DNA of 64,000 nucleotides from Stegostoma tigrinum (Eukaryota): assembly GCF_030684315.1 (NCBI RefSeq), contig NC_081355.1, positions 57,707,909 through 57,771,908 on the forward strand, written 5' to 3'. Below the pieces are notes generated by a model, which did not search any database, was not told where the DNA came from, and saw nothing but the letters and a program-made list of their open reading frames with translations. Shown here piece after piece: positions 28,913 to 40,830 of this stretch. The translations under genes were made by a program, and so were the position numbers. Position 1 is the stretch's first letter. Every line of letters starts with the position of its first letter.

Positions 28913-28932
28913 TTAGCAGTAGATGGCGCACT
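28913..28932 (+). promoter_or_regulatory. candidate CTCF site between HoxA11 and HoxA13
   Basis: GCAGTAGATGGCGCAC is a strong match to the CTCF core. Mammalian HoxA clusters have a CTCF site in this interval. Confidence 0.6.
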
Positions 28933-29437
28933 TGTTCTACCAATACACTTCATGACTATTCATGAGTGGTTAATAGTCAAGGTCAAAGACTATCTGTTTT
29001 CGTCAAGGTCAAGGTTTAAGCCCCCCTCCTAATGCCCTGCCTCCATATTAAAACCCAGGAGGGGGGAGCTTATATTTCCAATCAGAATATGGAAACCAAT
29101 TTATTGCCTTTAAACTTTCAGCAAACGTTAATGCAAACTTGAGAATCCACTCCGAAAAGCGTTTTTACCGTCACAATCGTGATACTTTTCCTGGTAGTAA
29201 TGTTTTCGATTAAAAAGAACAGGGAACATTCTCGGATACCTTTTGTTCTCAGTCTTGATTAATTCTACGTACGAAAGCATGGTTCCGAGATACTTTAGAT
29301 CATTACAGCAATGACGGAGTTGACATGAAGAATAAATCTGGGTTGGACCATATTTATTTACATTTTAGTTTAAAGACTGTTAACTGGAGTCATGTTTCTC
29401 AACAAAAAAAAATCGACGCTTGCGTTTATGAAGATCT

Positions 29438-29443
29438 TTTATT
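29438..29443 (-). terminator. candidate HoxA13 polyadenylation signal AATAAA
   Basis: AATAAA on the minus strand ~1.1 kb after the stop, followed by a T-rich run. Confidence 0.4.
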
Positions 29444-30535
29444 CGTGAAATAATTTCTTGTAATGCAAGTAATTCACTAGATGAAAAAGACAACAGGGTA
29501 TACAAATTAAACAGCTGCAGCATAATGCAAGACATCTTAATTTCGAGATAATCATTTGTAATTTTTTTTACTATTATTGGTATATATTAACTAAGCAGGA
29601 GGGTGCATGCAGATATAACATTGCAGTATTTAAAAAAAATACAATTGCACGCAGATGTCATCATTTTTAGGAAGGAAGCTGAGCGCCTTAGGTCTGCGTG
29701 AAGCCTAATGCTATGTGAAGTGGGTAACATAACAAGCTGGCTGAAAAGATTTAATATTTAGTTAATTTACACGGGAGGGGGTGGCTCTATGTGTGCAGAC
29801 AGATATTTCTTCTGCTGTGTAGAAAATGGCAATCTGGACTGCTATTTAATTTCCGAAAGTGTGGATGCTCATAATATATACATAGGTCGAAATGTAGAGT
29901 GCTTGAATAGTACGTATTTACTTCCGCATATACATTGCTATTTAGAATATATTCTTCCTTCTACCTGTACATTAATATCTTTAAAGATAGCGCATCCCAT
30001 CCAAAGAAAATGTAATGCGTAAACATACATTTCATTTTATATTTCACGATATATCCCATAGGTTACCTGAGGAAAAACTCTCATGCACTCTGTGTTTTGT
30101 TAACCAGAACCTTTTCCAGCAAAACACATTTTCTTTAGGTGCTTTGATGAGGTTTGTGCGAAGGTACTGTATAAATCCAATTGGTGCAATTATTGTTTTG
30201 AAATGATCTGGTTCATATGCGGTCAATAACTAAGCCCGCAGGTTTGCTACATTTCAAAATAGTAACCCTTTTAGACTCTTGATTGGATGGGCTTGATTGC
30301 CTTTTGGCGAACATTAGCTTGTTTTCACAACATCATTATACAATGTCTCTCCGAGATATTTACTTGTGTGTTTTTGCTTTTTTTTTGTTAAGAAAAAGCA
30401 ACGAGCAGGCAGAAAGAAAGAAAACAAATGTAGCATCAAGAAAATGAGCGGTGGTGAGGGTTTTTTTTCTTCAGGCTGAGTTCAGAAATTTGTAATATGT
30501 TCAAATGAAGTCCGATTGGCTCTGGAATTGTCGCA

Positions 30536-30780
30536 CTAGCTGTTAGTTTTCAGTTTAGTGAGAACTTTCTTTTCTTTGACTCGTCTGTTTTGAAACCAAA
30601 TAGTGACTTGTCTCTCAGAGAGGTTTGTAGATGCTGATATCCTCCTTCGTTTGTCCTTGGTGATGAACTTATTCGTGGCATATTCCCGCTCAAGTTCTTT
30701 CAACTGCACTTTGGTGTATGGTACTCTTTTCTTCCTACCACGCCGAAAAGAGTTCGCATCCGAGGGATGCGAAACTACGT
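30536..30780 (-). CDS. HoxA13: HoxA13 exon 2 (homeodomain)
   Basis: cag|AC GTA. Encodes [81 protein letters not shown]-stop. Confidence 0.97.
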
Positions 30781-31174
30781 CTGTGAAGAGGAAAACACAC
30801 CTCACCATCCATAGCATTTAGCAGTCGTCACCAAAAACAAACATAAAAACGGTAACTGACACCGGAGTCAAGTTCAAGTGCCGTGGGGGATATTATCTCG
30901 ACTATACCCCGTGCAATAAAAATTTAGCAGCAAATATAGTTTTGAAAATGCATGGGGATTGAGAAGTGATAATGAAAAATCATGCACAATGATATTAATT
31001 GCATGATACTACAGCGGCGCTAGTACTGGGGCATCACGCATATGCCTTCTTAATCATAACCCATTGAAGACTTAAGGTCAGTTAGGCGTATGTATTTACA
31101 CCTGACAATGCTTCGTTCCCTCTTCTTTAACAGTTTGGAGTGACATTGCAAGACTCGTGTTTATCAATACTTAC

Positions 31175-31820
31175 CTGGCAAGCTTGATTTCCAGAGGTGG
31201 GTGGCTTGAGGTTGCTCTTTCGAGCAGCAGACTTGCCCGTTCCACCCATTTGTAATTGCCCAGGGCTGGTAGCTCTCCATGGATAGTAGTGTTTCATGCC
31301 TCGGTTCCCCCGGAGTGCTGATAGTGGGAACCACAGGTACGTCCAAATAGCTGGGCATCGGTTGGTATGGCCCCGCGTAGCCTTGGTAGAAAGCGAACTC
31401 CTTAGCTCTGGAGGTGAATTCCTCGCCGGCGGACGTGTCCATATACTTGTCGGCAGGATAGCCAGACAAGGTAGAGGGCTGAGCACAGGACTTGATGCTG
31501 CTATGGTGGCTCATGCGGCAGGGATAGTAACTGCTCCCAAAGTATCCATAAGGAAGGGCGGCACTGGACGAAGTTTGAGCAGGACAAGGACTACACTGTT
31601 TGACAGGTTCAGAGATGCCAGAGGCTGGCACTTCACTCGACGAGTAGGCAGAGCTGGGAGCCAGGGATGCTGGATGGGTCATCAAATTCCTGCATTGATT
31701 TGCTGTGAAGTTCCCTCCCGAAAATCCATCCATATTTTTATTCATTTCATCCAAACTGTTGTCGTAGACGAACATTACCGTGTCGATCCAGCGGGGATGA
31801 AGTATCACGGACGCTGTCAT
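31175..31820 (-). CDS. HoxA13: HoxA13 exon 1
   Basis: [21 protein letters not shown] start; [37 protein letters not shown] and HLWKS motifs. Donor CCA G|GTAAGT; 296 aa; no polyalanine tracts. Confidence 0.97.
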
Positions 31821-31937
31821 ATCACGTCCAACATTGAGACTAGTGGCCGTTTTAAAAGCCCCTAAGACTGAAAAGAGATACTGAATCTCTGAGACTTTGC
31901 AGCATTGACGAGCCAGTGTCGCTGAAGCCTGCTTCCT

Positions 31938-31961
31938 CATTGGCTGCGAGGTGACCACGTG
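31938..31961 (-). promoter_or_regulatory. HoxA13 proximal promoter motifs (E-box and CCAAT)
   Basis: CACGTG at 31956..31961 and CCAAT on the minus strand at ~31939..31943, 120-140 bp upstream of the ATG. Confidence 0.4.
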
Positions 31962-34135
31962 ATATGCAAAGTAGACGGTAAATATATGAAGAATTAAAAA
32001 GGTACATTCTCCATTAGTTCAACAAAGCAACATTGGGCTATTTACATAAATGAGCAATTGGAATAAATCACGCTTACTAATATATCTGGCTACTAACGGT
32101 GCACGAAATAAGCTAGTGATGTATGAACATCACATAAATGAATAGACAGAAAATAGGGCAATATTGCATGTACAGAAAACAAGACAATCCAAAACTGCTA
32201 GCATTTTTATTTGCATGTAACGGGATGAATAATGAACATAATTATAGACTAGATCACGTTAAATATTTTACAGTTTGGGGAAGGTATTTTTGTGTGGTTG
32301 ATTATTGTACCTGAGACTGTGGTTACTTTTATATAAATGTTCATACAATCCACTCTTTTGCAACCTATATTTCTGACCAACGAAAAGCGCTTTCTTCTAA
32401 AATACTTTGTCGCTTAAGCAAAATCTGACATTAGGATGGCCTAAAACCGCACTTTCCCAGCGCTTTTTTTTGCATTTCACTTCATAAATAATATCTTCAG
32501 GTACTTGAAACCAATAAGAAATTAACTTTTAAAGAACTAAGTAGCAGCAGAATTTTATAGTGTAAAGGAAACATCTGTATGACCTTTGTCTTGCTTCATG
32601 ACATAACTCGTTAAACCAAATGGCAATAATGCCATAGAACAGCCCGAAATTATTCCAGAGCTATGTTTCTTAAGCCGTGATAATTATTTGAGGGAATACA
32701 TCTCTTCATTCTGGATATACTGTTTGCCATTAAACTAAGTACCAGAGCAAAGTTTATTAAAATGAATCACTATGCAGGTTGGGATTAAACTTCTGCAGCA
32801 ATCAGTTAGTTTGAATTTCTACTTTTGCAGACCAAATAATGCTTTTACTTGCAATGATGACAGCAACATTTTTGGCCAGTCACAAGTATAGATACATTCG
32901 GATCAAAAGACATTTATAAGACAGATAAGGATATCCACTAATTCTTTGTTTGCCGTTTGCCATCCTTGATACAAAAGTACTTAAATAAATGTCAGCGTTC
33001 TTACTTCCCCCGCTAATGCAGCCGATTCGTGTCAATTTACTTGCTGCAAAATATGCATTCATCGACCAAGAACATAATTCACATAACTGGGCTTTATTTT
33101 GAAATATCAGTGCAAGGATTTTATGAGTACCTGGCGCAATTAAATACATGGAATAGGGATAAATGGTGAATTATTTAACAATTAGCTGGCACGTTGTTAA
33201 ATGAGCTAAAATGCATAAATATGATTTGTTTTATAATATGTAGCACATTGTTAAAAACGCTATTTAATCGATAAATATTAAGTTTTTTCAAAATGGATTT
33301 GAAATCAATTTGCAGTTATTAGCCGAAAAGTATAAGGATAAATATTCTTCTCACAGTCATATACTGCATGCTGTGAGGCAGTTGCTGCTGAAAATGCATA
33401 CAAAAAGCAAAAACATAGCCAGTATTGCCCGGTTGGTGTGGACATTGATTTTTGGTACAATTTCAGTCACTTATCTACTAAATGCAGTGGTGTATACAAT
33501 GATAATCAGGTTGTAACAAACGAACGTTTCAAGCTTGTTTCATTCAACTGTTTGGTCTAAGATTTTTTTTCTGTAACAGGATTCAGTGGCAGTGGTAATG
33601 CAGCTGTTTAGAACAATCACTTTACAATTAAAATGCTCTTATTATATTCTTTACAATTATTCCCTCCCTCGCTCTCACTAAGTTTTTAACTGTCCCTTTC
33701 CTGTTTGTCTCTCCCTTCTCTTCCTTTCTTGTACCTATTCGAAGTGTCTTGTCCCTATTTTAGTACAGAAATCATCCAATGGCATGAGAAACAGCCGCAC
33801 GCTGTTTCTCCAAACTTCTTTTAGAAATTGGAAGTGATACGAACCTCGATGATTTAGGAGCCCTGATTCCGAGCTGCTACTGACCATTGTTATTGGAGCG
33901 GAGACGTCGAATTCCAATGATGTGGAAGATAAACATTCTCCGACGCCTAACGTGCCACAGTATGGCGAAGTTAAGGCGTCTCTACAGCGAATCAGGAATT
34001 TTTTGTACAGTATCTCCCTTTCGAAACATCGGCTGCGAATTATCATCTTTTTTTCTCGATCATAGTTGTGTAAACATATTGAAGTATTTCACAATAGCAC
34101 ACGTAGGAGAGAAATTATGACAAATCAAATCGGAA

Positions 34136-34137
<2 letters not shown>

Positions 34138-34208
<71 letters not shown>
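34138..34208. repeat. (GT)n microsatellite
   Basis: ~35 GT units with one ATGC interruption. Confidence 0.98.
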
Positions 34209-34210
<2 letters not shown>

Positions 34211-36249
34211 TTAATGTGTCTCAAATTCCATGACCGATTTATTCAATGAGTGTTCATGCATTCTGTAATTGACTGATGATTGTGTGATAACATCACTCGT
34301 GTTGGAGTAGATCTGTCACCAATTAACAATACTTCGCTTCCCTGTGATAATTAGTAGCTGAAACCCCCTAATCTGAATCTAATATAGTGGCTACAGTTTG
34401 ATTTTCGCCGCATCTGTAACGTTAATCTCAGAATAAATACCGAACATAAATCAGATTTTAAAATACATATGTTTTTCCAGTGACCGGTTAAAATACGGTA
34501 AAACTGAGCCCGTTTGCGCCGTCCTGGATTACGCTTTAAATTAAAATGCATTGGGACAATCAGATTTGCATGTCGTCGCATTTAATCCTCCATTCTTGAA
34601 TTAAAAGAACATTGCCCCTCCCCCAAAAGGGCATATTACATTGAAACAAGCATTCAACTGCATATTTAACTGATAGATGAAACTTCCAATGCAATCCATT
34701 TTTTTAAACGGGCACATTGCGGATTATACTACAAAATGGCAGCAACCAAATGGGCAGCTCTTTTACATACGGGTTAGACACGGCTAAAGGCCAAGGTCAA
34801 GTTGAAAGTTACAGTCTAGCCAATGTGAGTGCTGTCATTCACGCGTTGACGACCCTGTCTGAATTCTTACAAAGGCAAGCCGTGAGAATTGACTTTTTCA
34901 TTGCCGTTTTGTTTGTTTTCTTTTGTTTTTTTCACTCACAGCTCTCCAAATGAAAAAAAAAGATTCTACTGACCACACCGTCTTCATTTCCAGGCTGTTT
35001 CTGCATGGCTGGTAAAAGGATGTGAAATGGTTGCAGTCATTTTCAGATACACTGCAAATTATGTAGCATTGCATCCGGTTTAAATGTACTGTTTACAAAA
35101 CCTCTTGTCTCGAGCTGCCAATTTGCATTGGAAGGCCGTCAATATTATTGGAAAAGGCAGGGGTATTCTGTAGAAGATCGTACTACGCCAAAGTACTGAT
35201 GATGGTACTATCGTATGAAGTGTTATCTCCAAGAATTGGTTTCAAACTATCTACAGATCAGGACATCACCAGTAAGGAGTATCTGTCCAAAGAGGTATTG
35301 TACGCTGTTATTTCAGACATTGAAATGAACTGTAATGATTCAATTTTAGCATGATAATTCAAATACATCTTTTTAATAATGATTGACTACGTTTCGTTTA
35401 ATAAAATCAACCTAAGCACTTAAAGCATATCACAGAATCTTTGTGTTTCATCTCTCGATGTACATCAGCTCTGGTGTTTTCAGCCTAGTCGTGATTTGTT
35501 CTGTGTGGCTACTGGTGTAGATTAACATCATATAGGTGTGCTTTATAAGTGAGTGCAGTCAAAACGGTCACTGTGGTAAGACTGTGGGGGATAGCTACCT
35601 AGTTGTACAGATTATTTCGTAATTTAGTGTCACCTAAAACGCGTTCAAGAATTATTCTTGAATCAGAAAGGGTTCACATAGTAATCATTTTATTGCATCA
35701 ACATAGGGTTAACACGTACCAGTTTTTGAGATTTCTGTGATCTTGATGTACCATTTCCACTGCATGAAAGTATTTTCACGATTCAGGAAGCCTGTATATG
35801 TTAATTCCTCAAATTCTTCATTATGAATGGGAATCTGCTTGTTTGATCTTCATGCCTGCGAATATTTAAACAATCGTGATTAATTTGAAAAGTATTGGCT
35901 TTAAAAAATTAACCGTTTAGCAATTGGAACGGGAACTTGTGTGCTTAAGCTTTCGTCTAAGGTAAAAATGGAACGATAAGATGATGTGTTTCCTTTTATG
36001 GGAAAATTATGCAATAAGTTTAGACGATCATCTGGAAATGTTTATCATATGAAACAGCAAAACGTTAATTGCATTCATTGTTCTTAGCTCAGAACGCTTC
36101 TAGAACCCTTTTGTGGAGATTTGTTTCTGCTTCTTCATTGTATTTGTTCCCAGATGGTTGTGCATGATTTCCAAACAAATATACTTGAAATGAAAATAAC
36201 ATCCATGAGCTCTAGACTATGCGATTAATTAGATAACACAATCTTGCAT

Positions 36250-36824
36250 TGTATATTTTCATTGTTTATTCCATTTATTTGTTAGTAATCATTCACCAGT
36301 AATTTATTAAAAAAAACTGATTAATTCAAATAAATAACTGAATGAGTGTAGTTTTGATTGCTGATTTTCTACAACGTAGGACATATGCCACATCAGTTAG
36401 ACTCCAGTATTATTTGTTCTTTACTCATGGTTACTACAAGTATCTCAAATTTTGGATAACACGGATTACTATTGTGAAACAATCATAAATAAAAACAACA
36501 AAGAAGGTTTTACTTTTATTCTTGTGTCGTTCTATTAGAGATGTATCCCTTATGTTAAAATGATTTCTAGGCTTTGACTAAACTAATCACAATAAGGTAT
36601 TACACTACTGCATTGATCATTACACCGAAACAATTGACCAAACAGTGTGTTAACCATATATCCTATCATCCATATTCGGAACTTATATGTAATATCTGCA
36701 AGTCTATATCTGAAATTCAAACTACACTCATTCAGTTATTTATTTGAATTAATCAGAGTTTTTTAAATAAATTATTGGTGAATGATTACTAACAAATAAA
36801 TGGAATAAACAATGAAAATATACA
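36250..36824. repeat. ~108-bp near-perfect inverted repeat pair with ~360-bp spacer
   Basis: 36250..36357 is the reverse complement of 36717..36824, with only a few differences. Confidence 0.92.
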
Positions 36825-37939
36825 CCCTATTTATCCTGCAAACATCCACCGTACTTACCTGAAATACTTTTAAATTATACTCTGGATCCCGAATAAGAGC
36901 CATCAAAATGCTTAATCAAAATCTTGCTGTCCATTGACTACCTAATTTACAATAAAATTGCTTGCGTCAAAATAAATATATTTCATTATGCACGGGTTGT
37001 TCTCCTCCTCCTTTTATCCTCTAATGCTAACACATCCGAATACACTCAATATTCATTGTGAGTGCTATCTCCTGACTCGTATCAACAACCAGCTACCTAT
37101 GATAGACTGTGTAGATGTATCATATTATTTTGGGGAATAGCTTGCAACTTATAAGAATTGCGTTTGGCATAATGGCCATAACCATATTTCATTGAGCTTG
37201 TTTCATTTTTATTATCGAGTCGTTTCGGATGCAGCGATTGTATGAATATTTTGCATATGTGCTTGCGTCGGTCTCAATGGTCAATGGAATACACCCAGAG
37301 GCACTATGTTAAAAAGCTCATAACTTTGTTGTTCACATTTACTGATGCCAGTCCACCATTCGAAACAAAATAATGTATTTTTGTCAAATATAATTAAAGG
37401 GCAACGTACTGTTCTTCAGTTATTGTCACTGATATATTTGACTTATTGGTACGCATTTGCCAAGGTGATTCTTATTGGTGTCACTGGCTAACGTTTTCGA
37501 CTGTACCACCTTCAATAAGCACGGTAGGTGTGCACATTTATGTTATTACAAAATAAAATTGTATGAACATTTCAGTAAGTCAGGTGCATTGCAACAACTG
37601 TTCATGAAACTGCAGCAACAGACTTATCGTCAGCTTAAAATGAACGTAGTAGTGAGAATGTTTTTGTGAAACAACAGAAAACGCAATCATTTTTAGTAGA
37701 ACTATTCTAATATATTCTGACAATGATCAACTAAAACTATTCAAACTACATGAAATCTTGATATAGACAATGACGGATTTAGAGCATGGCTTATCAGCCG
37801 TTCCATTCAAAATGTGCCTCTCATTTAAAATGATTCAAACAACGTTAATTTCCTTCAAAAGAAGACTTACCTCTTTCCTGCTTTAAATCTAAGCGCATTA
37901 TCACCTCCTCATTTTGACCTAATTAATTATCAAAAAAAA

Positions 37940-38074
37940 TCACACAACGAGATATTTTAATTGTAAGGGTCCAGCTTTAGTACTGCAGCCCACAACTAAA
38001 TTATTTATCCTAATTTGCTGGCTGCAAATGAGCCGTATAGGTTGGTGATGCTGATATCGAAACCAGATTTGTAC
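37940..38074 (-). pseudogene. HoxA14: HoxA14 pseudogene exon 3 (3' part of split homeobox)
   Basis: tag|GTA CAA ATC TGG TTT CGA TAT CAG CAT = VQIWFRYQH, versus PG14 VKIWFQNQR. The AG acceptor lies exactly before homeodomain residue 45. Confidence 0.85.
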
Positions 38075-38179
38075 CTATCAAGAGTAAATGCTGCCGAGTG
38101 AACGCTCAAGAAAACAAGCCTTTCATTTGATTTTAAGCCCGCCTGGAATACTTTTCATTTTGAATCTCCTAATATTTAT

Positions 38180-38334
38180 CTGTTGCTCTGCTTCCTCCAG
38201 TTTTCTTAAAGTAATTTTTTTCGCTGATGTTACATTGCAATCCGTTTGATAGCAGATTTCCTGGAAAGCGCTATTGAGTTGTTCAGTCTGGACTTTGCGG
38301 TGATGGATTCTTTTCTTCTCCTGGGTATATTGGG
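38180..38334 (-). pseudogene. HoxA14: HoxA14 pseudogene exon 2 (5' part of split homeobox)
   Basis: 38323..38180 translates QEKKRIHHRKVQTEQLNSAFQEICYQTDCNVTSAKKITLRKLEEAEQQ (K3, K4, R5, K10, Q12, L16, A19, F20 in register). It ends CAG|ATAAAT (GT donor mutated); a pyrimidine tract lies upstream. Confidence 0.82.
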
Positions 38335-40472
38335 CTCGTGGGTGGGCAGAAAAGGGTGAATGAACACTCTGGACTCCAAACGAATAATATCACCTTATTC
38401 GATTTAATTACTTCCATTATTATGTTTGTTATTTGTTATCTCCGATTTTAAAGTGTAGGTAAGAACCGTTCATCTTTTTAACTAAATAGATGTAACATTC
38501 CATACTGACTTTTTCCTGGATGACAAAAGCCCAATGCATACAGATAAAGATTTCCAGTCCACATATGTATGCGCAGATGTCAGCTCTGAAGTAACTAGAG
38601 TTTACGATCTCAAACCACCAACATTCCATAAACAACTGCTACCTCAAACTCTATATATGGTTTTAAATTCATGTAAGACGTGCATCTTTTCAAGTTGCAG
38701 TAATAAACGCACACAAGAAGATGCAATCATTATGCGAACCCATATAGGCATTCTGTTTTAAAATGACGAATGCCAACTTTCACAGTTTGAGTGTATAAAA
38801 ACTTCATTGATTTGATGACATACAAATCAAGGCCAACTAGAAAACAAGAAAAACGATATTATTTCACTGTGATCTAAATGGTGTCCGCACTGCGTGAGCA
38901 CAGCCTTTTCTTACATTTAGCAGGTAAAATGTCAAAACTAAAACATCGGTTAGTTCATGTTAACGCATTGTAAATGCTTGCATTTTTAAGATGTTACTTC
39001 AATTTTACAATCCTTAACAAGATATATTTTATACATTTTTATTTGTTTTGTTTTAACGGCATATCGTTTGCGTTGGCACTACCTTCAATCACAGTCTGAT
39101 CTCTATTACATAGCTCGCTTTGCGCCAAATACTAAGTCATATATTTCAAATTAAAATATGACCGCACACTTTATTGTTTTCTGACGCTGTTGTATACATA
39201 TATTTTGAGAATGTGGATGTTAGAACTCCAAACCAAAGTGTCTTGGCAGTAATCACTACGAACTATTTTGATTTTTCATTCCTTATGTTTGCTTGTTTGT
39301 TATTACCATACAGATAAGTAAAATACAATTTGCTCTAAGGTATTGCAATAAATACTGGTGCCATGTTCCCTCGATACCTTTCGATTTTGCATCACTAAAT
39401 AAATGTTAAATAAAATGTATCTTGTACCTTGTTAAATAATTAATCTTTGGAGAACAACGTCTTGTTTAGGTTTAATGAATGGTTCCATTGTATTATTTAA
39501 GATGTACTTCAACACGCAACTGCGAAATGTATTTCTGTACGAATATCATTCGGTTGAAGTCAATGCACTGGGTACTTAGGAACAATTTGCACCATGACAC
39601 TGGATATTTAAACAAACTAATTCTCTATGTCAGGCTTCGGCTCTCTGTATAAACATAACGAAATAAACATCTGCACATTTTCGTTGACAACCGCCTCTGA
39701 AAATCTTCAATGACTTTTATAAGTTTCAGGGATGTGAGTAGCATAAAAGGATAACCGGTTTAATTTCTCGTTTTCTAGGTTGCAAGTGAAATGTTTCCCG
39801 AACAGAAACAAACGTCTCGTCACCCACTCCAATGAACTGTTTAAAATTATGTCATATATTAAATCATAAAATGAAAATCTGTTAATATCGTTTTGGGCAC
39901 TTAGTGGAGGATAGCATCAACATAAAGTTTTACTGTCGCTGTTAGGCTGAGACGTTTCTTTTTGTCAATTTATAATACCCAAAATGAAAAACACTGACAA
40001 TATTACACCACACACGATCTTAGACATGAACCGGGTACCTCGTTGTTTCGGTGAATCAAGCAGAGACTGCAATATTCAGCAGATGATTAAAATGAAGTAT
40101 TACACACCGAAAATGGACTTAATATCAGGCAGGACAGAACAAAAAGTAATTTAATATGTATTTAATGTGACAAAAGATAAATGAGAACTGAAGCAATGAG
40201 AAGGCACAGACAAGTATAGTTTGTCCTAGCCTTTTTATTGATGGAGAGTTATTTAAGTACACAACCTGCTCTGTGAATATTTCTGCAAAATAGCATAGCA
40301 ATCATCTTATTTTGTCGTTTCAGTCAGATATCTATTCATCAAACATTTCTAAATCGAACTTAAAATGATAATACTCCGATTGCTGAATGTTATTGAACTG
40401 ATTAGAAATTGATGCCAGTCACGATAATTTGTTCTGTTTTTAGCCACTTAATGAGGGAGGGTTATGAATTAC

Positions 40473-40830
40473 TCAGTCGCTGGGAGTAAAGAATGAGTGA
40501 TGGTAACGGGTTATCCTCGGGCCTGGTTCATTAGTATTCGTCTTAGCTTGACCAGTGAGATTAGAGGGTCGTGGGAACCTAGAGCTTCTTGATAAACACG
40601 GGTGACCTTGCATATCAGCCCAGGCTTAGATCGGATAAGGAGCTTTCGGGAATAACTGGAAATCACAACCACTCAAATGGTGCGAGTAGCAGGAACTCCA
40701 CAATCACAAGACTATAGACAACGCAAGTATAACAGAAGTGGACCAGATCTAAATCTGAAACGCGCATTGGAAATGATAATGCCCGACACTCCGAATAGCA
40801 GGAGTGAAGTTCAAGTACGTGTATTCCAGA
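40473..40830 (-). pseudogene. HoxA14: probable HoxA14 pseudogene exon 1 remnant (5' limit unknown)
   Basis: Frameshifted posterior-Hox exon 1 motifs in the right order: LEYTYLNF/SCYSECR (40829..40783), APYPI/KPGLI (40643..40613), HDPLIS (40573..40556), then GTAATT at 40472. Compare HoxA13 [24 protein letters not shown] and HETLLS. Confidence 0.5.

Noticed and set aside
18500-30000. HoxA12 remnant between HoxA11 and HoxA13
   Set aside because: No KKR..Y or IWFQN-like remnant found by eye on the minus strand; gnathostome A clusters lack HoxA12.
31296-31865. 189-aa plus-strand ORF antisense to HoxA13 (also antisense ORFs over HoxA10 and HoxA11)
   Set aside because: Shadow ORFs of GC-rich coding exons with no recognisable protein features.
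31821-31958. ORF-track N-terminal extension of HoxA13
   Set aside because: It starts at GTG within promoter motifs; the conserved start is MTASV at 31820. The extensions on the exon 2 ORFs of all three genes are intronic.
33735-34046. Minus ORF containing FEREILYKKFL, resembling homeodomain helix 1
   Set aside because: No in-register N-terminal arm or WF helix 3; chance similarity.
32000-36000. HOTTIP lncRNA orthologue
   Set aside because: Positional expectation only; nothing in the sequence supports a transcript.
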